Of a stretch of DNA of 64,000 nucleotides, positions 20,294 through 28,813 are shown in pieces. Location: contig CAWALK010000024.1 in NCBI GenBank assembly GCA_963782915.1, positions 101,969-165,968 on the forward strand. The letters are read 5' to 3'. Source of the stretch: an uncultured archaeon. GTDB lineage: Archaea; Thermoproteota; Bathyarchaeia; Bathyarchaeales; Bathycorpusculaceae. The notes below the pieces were generated by a model. That model was not told where the DNA came from and did not search any database. It saw nothing but the letters and a program-made list of their open reading frames with translations. Position 1 is the first letter of the stretch. Every line of letters starts with the position of its first letter. Made by a program: the position numbers and the translations under genes.

Positions 20294-21247
20294 ATGGGCA
20301 ACGTCCTCCAACCAACCCGCAACAACGGCGAAAAAAAAGACCTCGCAACAATGCTTAAAACACTCAATGCAGAATGCAAAAACTGTGCACCGTCCTCACC
20401 GCTGGAATGCATAAACCGCTGCCAAGTCTACAAACTTAAAAATGAACTCAGAACACTCCGAGAAACAATGGACAATCCAAATTACATAAAGGAACTCTAT
20501 AACGTTTTAAAGAATGAAACAAGGCTCCACATCCTAAAAGCAATCGCTGAAGGAAGATACTCCGTCAGCCAACTCCAACAGGAACTAAAAAAAACCGGGC
20601 ACACCCACAGCCAAGACACCATAAACGAAGAATACCTCCAACCCTTAATGGCAGTGGGATTAGCTAGAGAATCACAAGACGAATACTACGCCACCACCTT
20701 CGGTGGCCGCCTCACAGAAATCCTAGGCGTTTTTCCAGAGTTCGCAGAAATGCTGCCAGCTCATTCCGAATGCTACGAAGAGACCCTACTACGGTCGCTT
20801 TTAGCTGGCCCAAAAACATTCGAAGACATAGAAACAGTCATCTCACCAAAAATTACTTCCAGAATCCTCAAACGCCTCAAAGAAGTAGGCTTAATAGAAA
20901 CCCCCGAAGAACGCGACTACATATTCTTCTTCAAATCCAAACGTGACCCCAGCAAAGAAACTTTCACGGATACAGAACGCAAAGTCTACGACGCCTTACC
21001 AAACGAAGGCATCTCTGCAGGTAAATTATCCAAAGAAACTGGCTTATCGATGAGACGAACTTACAAGTACCTCAGAGGCTTAAAAGGCAAAAAACTCGTG
21101 TTCATAAGAAAAAACCCCAAAGCATACGGCTTAACCTGCAAAGGCGAAATGCTTGCTTCAGTGCTTGAGGGGCTTGAGCAAATAGTAGAGGAAACGTGGA
21201 GTTCATCCCAACAGGTCTACCACGCCAACACTAGCGACAACGCATAA
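20294..21247 (+). CDS. Multi-winged-helix (ArsR-like) regulator with N-terminal 4-Cys motif
   Basis: CKNC-x6-C-x3-C; NETRLHILKAI, further wHTH units (YYATTFG, YGLTCKG). Confidence 0.75.
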   Translation: MGNVLQPTRNNGEKKDLATMLKTLNAECKNCAPSSPLECINRCQVYKLKNELRTLRETMDNPNYIKELYNVLKNETRLHILKAIAEGRYSVSQLQQELKKTGHTHSQDTINEEYLQPLMAVGLARESQDEYYATTFGGRLTEILGVFPEFAEMLPAHSECYEETLLRSLLAGPKTFEDIETVISPKITSRILKRLKEVGLIETPEERDYIFFFKSKRDPSKETFTDTERKVYDALPNEGISAGKLSKETGLSMRRTYKYLRGLKGKKLVFIRKNPKAYGLTCKGEMLASVLEGLEQIVEETWSSSQQVYHANTSDNA

Positions 21248-21265
21248 TCCATTTTCTTTCTTTTT

Positions 21266-21754
21266 TTATCCGCCGCCAGGTGCACCATGAAATGGCACGT
21301 TTTCCCAGAGCATCTTCCACCAGTCATCCTCAGTAATGGTTTCGCCTTTAACGACTATTTCAAGTGTCATTTTGAGCATTGCATGGTGTCGAATTTCATC
21401 TTCTAGGATTGCTTTTAGGAGAAAAACAACTTTTTCGTTTGTAATTTCTGGGATTTTCTCTTTTAGAATTTTTATGAGTTTAGCTTCTATGGCGATGTGT
21501 TTCTCGATTAAAGCTTTTTGTTTGTCAAGGTCTTCTTGAGCCAATGCCGTAGATGCGCTGGTCAAAAGCGTAATTGCTGAAGTGTAGAGTTCCGCATGCT
21601 TTACTGAATCCAGCGAAACTCCTTTTAGCACACCTTTTACCGCTGGGTTTTTCATGTCCACCAATGCTTTCTCGAGTGAATCCACGATTTCTTTTTCAAC
21701 AACAACCTGGTTTTTCAGAAAATCCAAGAGAGTATTATCGGTCTTTTTTTCCAC
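21266..21754 (-). CDS. Ferritin-like (rubrerythrin-like) four-helix protein
   Basis: E...DSVKH and E...DEIRHH diiron-type motifs. Confidence 0.75.
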   Translation of the reverse strand: MEKKTDNTLLDFLKNQVVVEKEIVDSLEKALVDMKNPAVKGVLKGVSLDSVKHAELYTSAITLLTSASTALAQEDLDKQKALIEKHIAIEAKLIKILKEKIPEITNEKVVFLLKAILEDEIRHHAMLKMTLEIVVKGETITEDDWWKMLWENVPFHGAPGGG

Positions 21755-21777
21755 AGAATATTCCCCCTCGGCTTATG

Positions 21778-22221
21778 TCAAGGCTGATTCTTCAACGTTT
21801 CGGCTATCTTTTTTCCAAGGTTTCTGCAGGCATCAATTGCTGCTTGGTCGGGTATGTATTTTGCGAGCAGTGGTGGTTCGGGGGTTTGCATTCCAAATTG
21901 TGTTTGAAGTATGTCTAGAACTTGTTTAGGTGCTTCTCCACTCCAGCCGTAAGAACCAAAAGCAGCTGCGATTTTGCCTTTTAGGCTAATGCCTTTTGCG
22001 GCGGCTTCTTCAAAGAGATTCTTGAAGTCTATAGGTATCTCTTTGCGGTAAGTTGGTGCACCGAAGAGTACAGCATCATAGCCACTTAACTCTGAAGCAT
22101 CTATATGGTAGCTTAATTCAACTATTGTATCGCTGATGCTTTGGGCGCCTTCTGCTACTGCTTTAGCCATTTTTTCAGTGTTTCCACTGCGACTATAATA
22201 CAGTACAAGTAATTTCTTCAT
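21778..22221 (-). CDS. Flavodoxin-like protein
   Basis: YYSRSGNTEKMA, GAPTY, AFGSYGWSGEA. Confidence 0.92.
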   Translation of the reverse strand: MKKLLVLYYSRSGNTEKMAKAVAEGAQSISDTIVELSYHIDASELSGYDAVLFGAPTYRKEIPIDFKNLFEEAAAKGISLKGKIAAAFGSYGWSGEAPKQVLDILQTQFGMQTPEPPLLAKYIPDQAAIDACRNLGKKIAETLKNQP

Positions 22222-22299
22222 AACCTAAAATTGGTACCTGAAAATATTTCAAGCTTATGCTTGAATGCTTAAAAAATAGGTAAACAAAAAAAGAGCAGC

Positions 22300-22569
22300 C
22301 TAAGCATTTACATTCGCTCTTTTATTGCGAGAACTAGTCTGAGACCTTGCTGCAACCTTACCCGCGGTTTTATTTCCTCTGCTTTCGCCGCCCTTGCGTC
22401 CAATCTCTCTGTAGAATTCTGATCCACGCTGCTCCGCAACCCGCTCACCACCCTTCTTTCCTATCGCCCTGTAAAATTCAGGTCCCCGTTCCCGAGCAAC
22501 CTTTTCGCCGCCGATTCTGCCAGCCTCTTGCCGCGTCAATTTCCGTTTCTGTTCACTTTTAACTGCCAA
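22300..22569 (-). CDS. KGG-repeat general stress protein (GsiB/Em-like), array member 1
   Basis: EAGRIGG, EFYRAIGKKGG, EFYREIGRKGG; GGAGGTGA RBS. Confidence 0.9.
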   Translation of the reverse strand: MAVKSEQKRKLTRQEAGRIGGEKVARERGPEFYRAIGKKGGERVAEQRGSEFYREIGRKGGESRGNKTAGKVAARSQTSSRNKRANVNA

Positions 22570-22731
22570 ACAATTTCACCTCCAAAACAAAAAGAACTCT
22601 CTTGCTATTTTCTAGTTCAGGGATAGCCCTTAAGGATATGTGGGCTTCAATCAACAATCACAAACACAATAGCGCAAGCAGGGTTTTCCGCTGGCTACTA
22701 CTTCAAGGGGTACTAAGGGAAAAGAAAAGGG

Positions 22732-23025
22732 TTACTCGATTTTGCCTATTTCCTTGGTTATATCTATAGGTGAATTGTAGGTTTTCTCAGGAAGTTTGTT
22801 AATAAGGTTCATGACATCGTCGGGTGCAGATTTGTTTTGTGCGTTATCTACAAGTTTCTGTTTTTCTGCGGGGTAATGCATGCCAGCTAAGTATTTTTCG
22901 ACGATTGCGGGGCTGACGTGTCCAGATTTTCCGCTTCGGTTAGTGTATTGTCGTCTTTCGCCTCTGCCTTGACCTATACCTCTTCGCCTGGTGGTTGTTT
23001 CTTGTTCACTTGTTGCTTCACTCGT
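22732..23025 (-). CDS. DUF2795-domain protein (97 aa), apparent ACG start; absent from ORF track
   Basis: SPAIVEKYLAGMHYPAEKQKLVDNAQNKSAPDDVMNLINKLPEKTYNSPIDITKEIG; GGAGGTG 7 nt before ACG. Confidence 0.82.
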   Translation of the reverse strand, partial: TSEATSEQETTTRRRGIGQGRGERRQYTNRSGKSGHVSPAIVEKYLAGMHYPAEKQKLVDNAQNKSAPDDVMNLINKLPEKTYNSPIDITKEIGKIE

Positions 23026-23102
23026 TGTGTTCCACCTCCAAAAAAATTGTTTAAATAAAATTGGAAAGAAAAGAAAAAGAGTTCACGAAGACCTTAATGG
23101 TC

Positions 23103-23273
23103 TCATTCTTCCTCGTGCTCTTTTCCTTCTTCAATAAGTTTTTTGACCTTTTGACCGCCTTTGTGGCCGATTTCACTGTAGAATTCTTCACCATGGGTTT
23201 CAGAAGTTTTTTCCCCGCCCATACGGCCTGCTTCTTCAACGGTCATTTTTCCTTTCTTTTTATCTTCAGACAT
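23103..23273 (-). CDS. KGG-repeat general stress protein, array member 2 (56 aa; below track cutoff)
   Basis: MSEDKKKGKMTVEEAGRMGGEKTSETHGEEFYSEIGHKGGQKVKKLIEEGKEHEEE*. Confidence 0.9.
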   Translation of the reverse strand: MSEDKKKGKMTVEEAGRMGGEKTSETHGEEFYSEIGHKGGQKVKKLIEEGKEHEEE

Positions 23274-23328
23274 GCAAGTTCACCTCCATTAAAAACTCGA
23301 CTGGAAACAATTTGTTATAAGAAACTGG

Positions 23329-23511
23329 TTACTCCTCTTCGTGCTCTTTGCCTTCTTGGATAAGCCTGCGGACCTTTTGCCCACCTTTATGTCCGATTTC
23401 CTCGTAGAATTCTCGTCCATGGGTTTCCGCGGTTCTTCGCCCACCTTTTTGACCGCCCATACGTCCAGCTTCTTCAACGCTCATTGTTCCCTTTTTTCGT
23501 TCATCAGCCAA
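23329..23511 (-). CDS. KGG-repeat general stress protein, array member 3
   Basis: MSVEEAGRMGG...HGREFYEEIGHKGGQKVRRLIQEGK. Confidence 0.9.
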   Translation of the reverse strand: MADERKKGTMSVEEAGRMGGQKGGRRTAETHGREFYEEIGHKGGQKVRRLIQEGKEHEEE

Positions 23512-23587
23512 CAAATTCACCTCCTATTGAAAACTTGGTTATTCAAAGATGGTATTTTCCTAGAAATAGAATGCTAAAGGGGGTTGC

Positions 23588-23839
23588 TTATTCGTCCTCG
23601 TGCTCTTTGCCTTCTTCAATGAGTTTCCTTACTCGTTGGCCTCCACGATGTCCTGCTTCTTCTAGGCTGGTTTTGCCTTCTGCCTCTGTACTGCCTTCAT
23701 GTTGCTTTGCACGTTGTGATCCGCCTTTGCTGCCGATTTCACTGTAGAATTCTGGGCCGTGAGTTTCAGAGGTTTTCTCTCCACCCATTCGACCAGCTTC
23801 CTCAACGGTCATTTTACCTTTCTTTTTGTCTTCGCTCAA
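23588..23839 (-). CDS. KGG-repeat general stress protein, array member 4
   Basis: MTVEEAGRMGG...HGPEFYSEIGSKGG...EEAGHRGGQRVRKLIEEGK. Confidence 0.9.
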   Translation of the reverse strand: MSEDKKKGKMTVEEAGRMGGEKTSETHGPEFYSEIGSKGGSQRAKQHEGSTEAEGKTSLEEAGHRGGQRVRKLIEEGKEHEDE

Positions 23840-24013
23840 TCATTTCACCTCCAAAAAAAGTTATACGGTCGCTTTTTCTGCAATGTCCTAGCCCAAAACA
23901 AAACTGATAAAGATATGTGGCTGTTCTTGCACAGCAACAGTCTGAAAGCTATGTTTGGGGCTTAGGATGTTACCTATCATTTTGATATAAAAAATTAAAA
24001 AACAGGGTTAAAA

Positions 24014-24217
24014 TTAGGTATTGAGGCTATTCTTCTTCTGGGCTTTGCCTTCCTCGATAAGCTTGCGAACTCTTTGGCCGCCTTTTGGTCCGCCTATCCT
24101 GCCGCCTTTGCGTCCGATTTCACTGTAGAATTCTTCACCATGGGTTTCAGAAGTTTTTAGTCCGCCTCTTCGTCCTGCCTCTTCTACTGTCATTTTACCT
24201 TTCTTTTCTTCCAACAA
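24014..24217 (-). CDS. KGG-repeat general stress protein, array member 5
   Basis: MTVEEAGRRGG...HGEEFYSEIGRKGG. Confidence 0.9.
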   Translation of the reverse strand: MLEEKKGKMTVEEAGRRGGLKTSETHGEEFYSEIGRKGGRIGGPKGGQRVRKLIEEGKAQKKNSLNT

Positions 24218-24286
24218 TTTTCACCTCCGCTAAAAATTAATCCAAGAGATGGAAAAACAAGCGTTATTGGCAAATGAACCTAGAGC

Positions 24287-24610
24287 TTATTCGCCGCCCT
24301 CGTGTTCCTTGCCGGCTTGAATCAGTCGTCGAACTCTTTGCCCACCTCTGTGGCCTGCTTCTTCTAGGCTAGTTTTGCCTTCTGCCTCTGCTGAGCCTTC
24401 GTGTTGTTTGGCACGTTCGGAGCCTCCTTTGCTGCCGATTTCACTGTAGAATTCTGGGCCTCGCTCAGATGAGACTTTTTCTCCTCCTTTGCGGCCGATT
24501 TCTTCGTAGAATTCTCGTCCATGGGTGGAAGCTGTTTTTTGTCCTCCTTTGCGGCCTGCTTCAGCAACGGTCATTTTGCCCTTTCTAGCTTCTTCAGTTC
24601 GTGTACTCAA
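24287..24610 (-). CDS. KGG-repeat general stress protein, array member 6
   Basis: EAGRKGG, EFYEEIGRKGG, EFYSEIGSKGG, EEAGHRGG. Confidence 0.9.
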   Translation of the reverse strand: MSTRTEEARKGKMTVAEAGRKGGQKTASTHGREFYEEIGRKGGEKVSSERGPEFYSEIGSKGGSERAKQHEGSAEAEGKTSLEEAGHRGGQRVRRLIQAGKEHEGGE

Positions 24611-24840
24611 AAAATTCACCTCCTACTATACTACGGAAAAGTAAACAAGAATAGTGCCGAAAGACCGCTCATAAACATATGTTGTTGTCGCATGGCAGTA
24701 ACATGCGAACTGTGCCCCAAGAAAATCATTCCTTTATGGATTAAATAGACATAAAATTGCTTACGGCATGTTTGTTGAGGTATGCATGGCATTTGGGTAA
24801 CTTAAATATCTCGGGCTTGTCAACTAAATAGTCACCTGGT

Positions 24841-26484
24841 ATGCCGATGAAGATTCTCCTCATCAATCCGCCGCAGACGTTTTATCCGGGTTCGGAGCCG
24901 CCCGCAGGCAACTTGCCCATTGGTTTAATGTATATAGCGGCTGTGCTTCAAAAAGCCGGGTATCAGGTTGAGATTTTGGATGCTTTCTTTGCCGGCGCAG
25001 ACTTTGAGAGCACTGATGAAAATCTAACTGTTGGGTTATCGTTTGAGCAAATTAAAGAGGAGATTAAAAACCGCAGACCAGACATCGTTGGTATAGCTGG
25101 ACCTTTCACTTGCCAAATAGGAAACGCCATCGAAACCAGCAGGGTAATCAAAGAGGTTAACCCAAACATCCTAACCGTCTTGGGTGGCCCCCATGTGACG
25201 TTGGTTCCCCGAGATGTTCTCCAAGAGGCCAAAACCATTGATATAGCGGTGACTGGTGAAGGGGAATACGCCATGTTTGAAATCGCCCAGCACCACGAAG
25301 GTAAAAAGGCGCTGAATGAAATCAAAGGTATAGCCTACAGAAAAGGCGAAGATATAATCGTCAATGAACGCAGGCCTTTTCTGGTTAACCTCGATGAGTT
25401 GCCATATCCCGCTTACGATTTAGTTGACATGGAAAAGTATCTTAGCCCAAGCAAGATTGGCTACCGCAGCTTCCAAGACCGAGCGATTTCGATGATTACA
25501 AGTCGTGGTTGCCCGTTTAACTGCTGCTTCTGCGCAGTGCATCTCCATATGGGACAGGGTTTTAGGGCACATTCATCCAAATACGTCTTGGACCACATCC
25601 AATATGTAGTCGAGAAATACAAAGTCAAGAACATCTTTTTTGAAGATGACAACTTAACCCTCGACTTAAAACGCTTCGAAGCCATCTGCGACGGCATAAT
25701 CCAGCGCAAAATCAAAATCGGATGGGAAACCCCCAACGGCGTCCGCGCAGACTGCCTAAACTTGGAATTGCTAAAGAAGATGAAGCAGTCAGGCGCCAAC
25801 AGCATATTCGTCGGCGTCGAATCTGGAGACCAGCAAATCCTCGACAAAGTGGTCTGCAAAAGCTTAGACCTCAACAAAGTGGTCGAGTTCGCTAAGAACA
25901 GTCAAGAAATCGGATTAAAAACGGGCGCATTCTACATTATCGGGTTCCCCGGCGAAACAAAGCAGAATATGCAGAACACCGTCGATTTCGCGCTTAATCT
26001 GAAGCGCAAATACGATGTGGGTATGCACTTGTTTGCGGCTACTCCATCCTATGGCACGCGGCTCTATGAGGAATGCAAAGCCAAAGGCTATTTGCCGGCA
26101 GACCTGTCATGGAACAGTTTTGCTCAGGCAAGACAAGCAAAAGGCATGCCGCTAATCACAACCAACGAATTCACCCCGGCAGAAGTCAAAGAGATAGCTG
26201 CTAAAGCATTGGCTGAATACAAGAAACTGTCGCTGATGGGTCATGTTAAGCATCCGCGGAAAGCGTTGAAGACTGCGTTTAGTCAACCGCAGCTGATTGT
26301 TAAATACTTGAAGAATTTAGTTGTCATAACTTTCTTTTGCATCACTATGTTGATGCCAAAGCTTATATTGAAACTTAAGACACAACAGAAAGCAGGTAAT
26401 TTGCAGAATGAAACGTCAGGAAGCGGTTACTTGCCTAAGAGAAATCAACACCACTTGCCGCAACATGTCACCCAATTCTGTTGA
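24841..26484 (+). CDS. Cobalamin-binding radical SAM protein (true stop probably near 26330)
   Basis: LLINPP B12-binding domain, GGPHVT, TSRGCPFNCCFC, FFEDDNLT, GVESG, IIGFPGET. Confidence 0.92.
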   Translation: MPMKILLINPPQTFYPGSEPPAGNLPIGLMYIAAVLQKAGYQVEILDAFFAGADFESTDENLTVGLSFEQIKEEIKNRRPDIVGIAGPFTCQIGNAIETSRVIKEVNPNILTVLGGPHVTLVPRDVLQEAKTIDIAVTGEGEYAMFEIAQHHEGKKALNEIKGIAYRKGEDIIVNERRPFLVNLDELPYPAYDLVDMEKYLSPSKIGYRSFQDRAISMITSRGCPFNCCFCAVHLHMGQGFRAHSSKYVLDHIQYVVEKYKVKNIFFEDDNLTLDLKRFEAICDGIIQRKIKIGWETPNGVRADCLNLELLKKMKQSGANSIFVGVESGDQQILDKVVCKSLDLNKVVEFAKNSQEIGLKTGAFYIIGFPGETKQNMQNTVDFALNLKRKYDVGMHLFAATPSYGTRLYEECKAKGYLPADLSWNSFAQARQAKGMPLITTNEFTPAEVKEIAAKALAEYKKLSLMGHVKHPRKALKTAFSQPQLIVKYLKNLVVITFFCITMLMPKLILKLKTQQKAGNLQNETSGSGYLPKRNQHHLPQHVTQFC

Positions 26485-26668
26485 ACTGGTCGATTCTCAA
26501 CCCAATGATGAGCACTGTACCGGGTATCAATTGCACATTCAATTGGTGCTGGATACCGAGACAGAGATTCAGATTCGCGCCATCGCTGAGAAGTATTGTT
26601 TTGCTTTGCATCAAGAGAATGGAAAAGTCGTTATTTATCAACCAAAAACTGTGTCTGCCTCGCCCTAA
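26408..26668 (+). CDS. Hypothetical protein
   Basis: 86-aa ORF with AGGT RBS and CTTATAT TATA box upstream. Confidence 0.65.
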   Translation: MKRQEAVTCLREINTTCRNMSPNSVELVDSQPNDEHCTGYQLHIQLVLDTETEIQIRAIAEKYCFALHQENGKVVIYQPKTVSASP

Positions 26669-26877
26669 CATGGTTGATGGATTTAACGCAGATGCTAAAC
26701 ATGTTTTTCTTTATTAGTTGTTGGCGAAAACCCCCTATACACAACAACAACCAGCGGGCTGTTTGGTGCAACGCTTTTTGGCATCAGCGTTTGGTGTGAA
26801 TTGCAGGCTGGTTGTGGCCGGTTAGGCAAGCAGACGCGTCTATAATCGCTAAATCTCCATTAATTGAAAGAGGGTCC

Positions 26878-26916
26878 TTTTGCTTTGCCGACCCTACCCC
26901 CCTCTATAAATAGAAT
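26878..26916 (+). repeat. Dispersed ~45-bp intergenic motif, copy 2
   Basis: TTTTGCTTTGCCGACCCTACCCCCCTCTATAAATAGAAT. Confidence 0.5.
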
Positions 26917-27024
26917 CTAAATCCACTGGCTCTCCCGTCTTCCCTCCGGCAATTAAGAAGACTACGTCAGCCTGAGCTTATCCGGAGGACATCAAAGTAA
27001 GGCAACTAAAAAGCAGTATTCGAT

Positions 27025-27921
27025 TTAGCCTCTACGGGTAGCGTCCGTCTTATAACGTCTTTTATACAAAATCACACCGACACCAAAGACAACAACAACC
27101 AGTAACGTTACAGCTGCCGCGGGCAAAAGCAGGGAGCCATTAACTTCTTCAACGGTATCGGGTGTTTCGGCGACTGAGAAATTCGCTGTTTTAGAAGAAC
27201 CGACATTGCCAGCAACATCCCAAACCCAGAAGGTCACGTTATACTGTCCAGCATCCAAATGAGGCAGCGTTGAGTTTCCAGTGACAGTTACGTTCTGTTG
27301 CCCGTTTAGGCTGTAGGCGATTTTTGTGTAAGCTTCGTTAACTGTGAGATTAAGCGGAATCGTAGAGTTCGATGATACGTTTTCTGGGGGTAAAACTGAA
27401 ACAGAGGGTGCCGTACGGTCTATTGTAAAGTAAATCGTAGCTTCCGAGTTTATCAAAAATTCCTTATAGAGCAACGAATATTTCTCGTCCGGATAGCGAC
27501 CGTACCCAACTGCCTTTATCACTATAGTATGTTGCCCTTCAGACACGTTTGAAAGCCAGAGATTGAACGAAGGCGCCTTTTCGCCGCCATGGAGAACACT
27601 GATTGGCTCTTTTTTCCAATCGGCGTCGTAGGTGACTCCTTGCACGGTTACAAATGAAGCGGTTCTTGATTGCGGAGCAGTCACATTAAACGTTAACGGT
27701 ACTCGGCTTGTATTATAAGCGGTATTGTTGATTGGCGAAGTTATGGTGATTACGGGTGGATAGGTCTCTTGGTCGGGGGGCACTTGCCCGTTAGAAGCAT
27801 AAGGATTTGCTGCACTATAGCCAACAGAGTTAGCGCCTAACACCAGTAAAACTGAAACCGCCAATGCAGAAAACCCCAGAATTCTGCGTTGCCTTGTTAG
27901 TCCCACAAGAGATTCCTTCAC
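27025..27921 (-). CDS. Secreted, C-terminally anchored protein with Ig-like domains
   Basis: Signal peptide, PVITITSPINN, DRTAPSVSV, WDVAGN, many NxS/T sequons, TM + basic tail. Confidence 0.8.
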   Translation of the reverse strand: MKESLVGLTRQRRILGFSALAVSVLLVLGANSVGYSAANPYASNGQVPPDQETYPPVITITSPINNTAYNTSRVPLTFNVTAPQSRTASFVTVQGVTYDADWKKEPISVLHGGEKAPSFNLWLSNVSEGQHTIVIKAVGYGRYPDEKYSLLYKEFLINSEATIYFTIDRTAPSVSVLPPENVSSNSTIPLNLTVNEAYTKIAYSLNGQQNVTVTGNSTLPHLDAGQYNVTFWVWDVAGNVGSSKTANFSVAETPDTVEEVNGSLLLPAAAVTLLVVVVFGVGVILYKRRYKTDATRRG

Positions 27922-28059
27922 TCAACGATTTTTTTCTTGACTAAAAAGCTTTTTTGTCACGGTTTCTTGACTAACCAGAACTGCTTTGGTCTAATACCTG
28001 ATGCAAATGAGTTTTTTGAAGTAAAAGCGACAAATACGTTGCAAGTTAAAGATTGGAAG

Positions 28060-28135
28060 CGGGCCCGCTGGGATTTGAACCCAGGATTCTCGGCTCCGGA
28101 GGCCGATGCCTTATCCGTACTAAGACTACGAGCCC
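28060..28135 (-). tRNA. tRNA-Arg(CCG)
   Basis: GGGCTCG/CGGGCCC acceptor stem, TCGGC-CTCCGGA-GCCGA anticodon arm, GGTTCAAATCC T-arm. Confidence 0.95.
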
Positions 28136-28181
28136 ACAACGAACAAACCAAACATAATTAATAATTTAAAGCTAACCCAAC

Positions 28182-28682
28182 TTATTCTTGGATTAACTCC
28201 TCATCTATCCACCAAGCCTTCTTCTTACCCGATTTTTCGCCTGCATAGTACTCAATCATTGATTTGCCCAGTTGCTTCTTGGAGTTCTTCTCGATTTTTT
28301 GCAGCCTGTTAAGGACTAGCCAACGGTTGGTTTTGAGGTATTCTGCGAGTTCAGGGGTGGTTGCGGATTTGTAGTTCATTAGGTACTCGATGATTTTGCG
28401 GTCAACATCGTCGATGGCGAATTGGAAGGGGTTGATTTTGCCGTGTTGGAAAGTGAGGATGTCTAGGTCGGCGAGATATTTTTTGATTTGGCCGAAATGT
28501 TCCTCGAGTGTGGCCATGCGTTCTTCGAGGGCTAAGAGTTTGTCTGCTTTGGGGGTTTTTTGGAGTTTCTCGTTTATGGCTTCGCGGATGAAGTCGCTTC
28601 GGTCTCCTTCGGGGATGCGCAGTGCCATTTCTTGGTAGACTTCTTCTGGCAGTTTAACAGTCACTATTCGCGGGTCAGCCAA
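28182..28682 (-). CDS. RHH + coiled-coil + wHTH DNA-binding protein
   Basis: IVTVKLP...RSDFIREAI; DDVDRKIIEYL...TTPELAEYL. Confidence 0.75.
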   Translation of the reverse strand: MADPRIVTVKLPEEVYQEMALRIPEGDRSDFIREAINEKLQKTPKADKLLALEERMATLEEHFGQIKKYLADLDILTFQHGKINPFQFAIDDVDRKIIEYLMNYKSATTPELAEYLKTNRWLVLNRLQKIEKNSKKQLGKSMIEYYAGEKSGKKKAWWIDEELIQE

Positions 28683-28813
28683 CTTTAGCCCTCTGTAGGC
28701 ATATGGGCACTCTGATTATTTCATGGTTTCTATACATACAAGCCATAATCAGCTGCTCTGGGATTGAGCAATAATCATTTATTACAGTAAAAATAGATAG
28801 GTAGACGGTGACA

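Noticed and set aside
21266-21300. C-terminal GAPGGG of the ferritin-like protein as a ubiquitin-like or encapsulin-targeting tail
   Set aside because: No beta-grasp fold, E1 enzyme or encapsulin in the window, and it does not match the L-x-V-G-S-L cargo motif
22300-24610. Repeated DNA in the KGG region as a CRISPR array
   Set aside because: Repeats are codon-degenerate protein-coding modules with RBSs, not identical repeats with unique spacers; no cas genes
26330-26484. C-terminal extension of the radical SAM protein overlapping the next gene
   Set aside because: Extension crosses the next gene's TATA box and RBS; probably a lost stop from an indel near 26320
26800-26850. tRNA-like fragment (GGTTGTGGCCGGTTAGGC...)
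   Set aside because: No T-arm or acceptor-stem pairing could be built
27937-28161. ORFs 27937-28161 and 27957-28151
   Set aside because: They overlap tRNA-Arg; spurious
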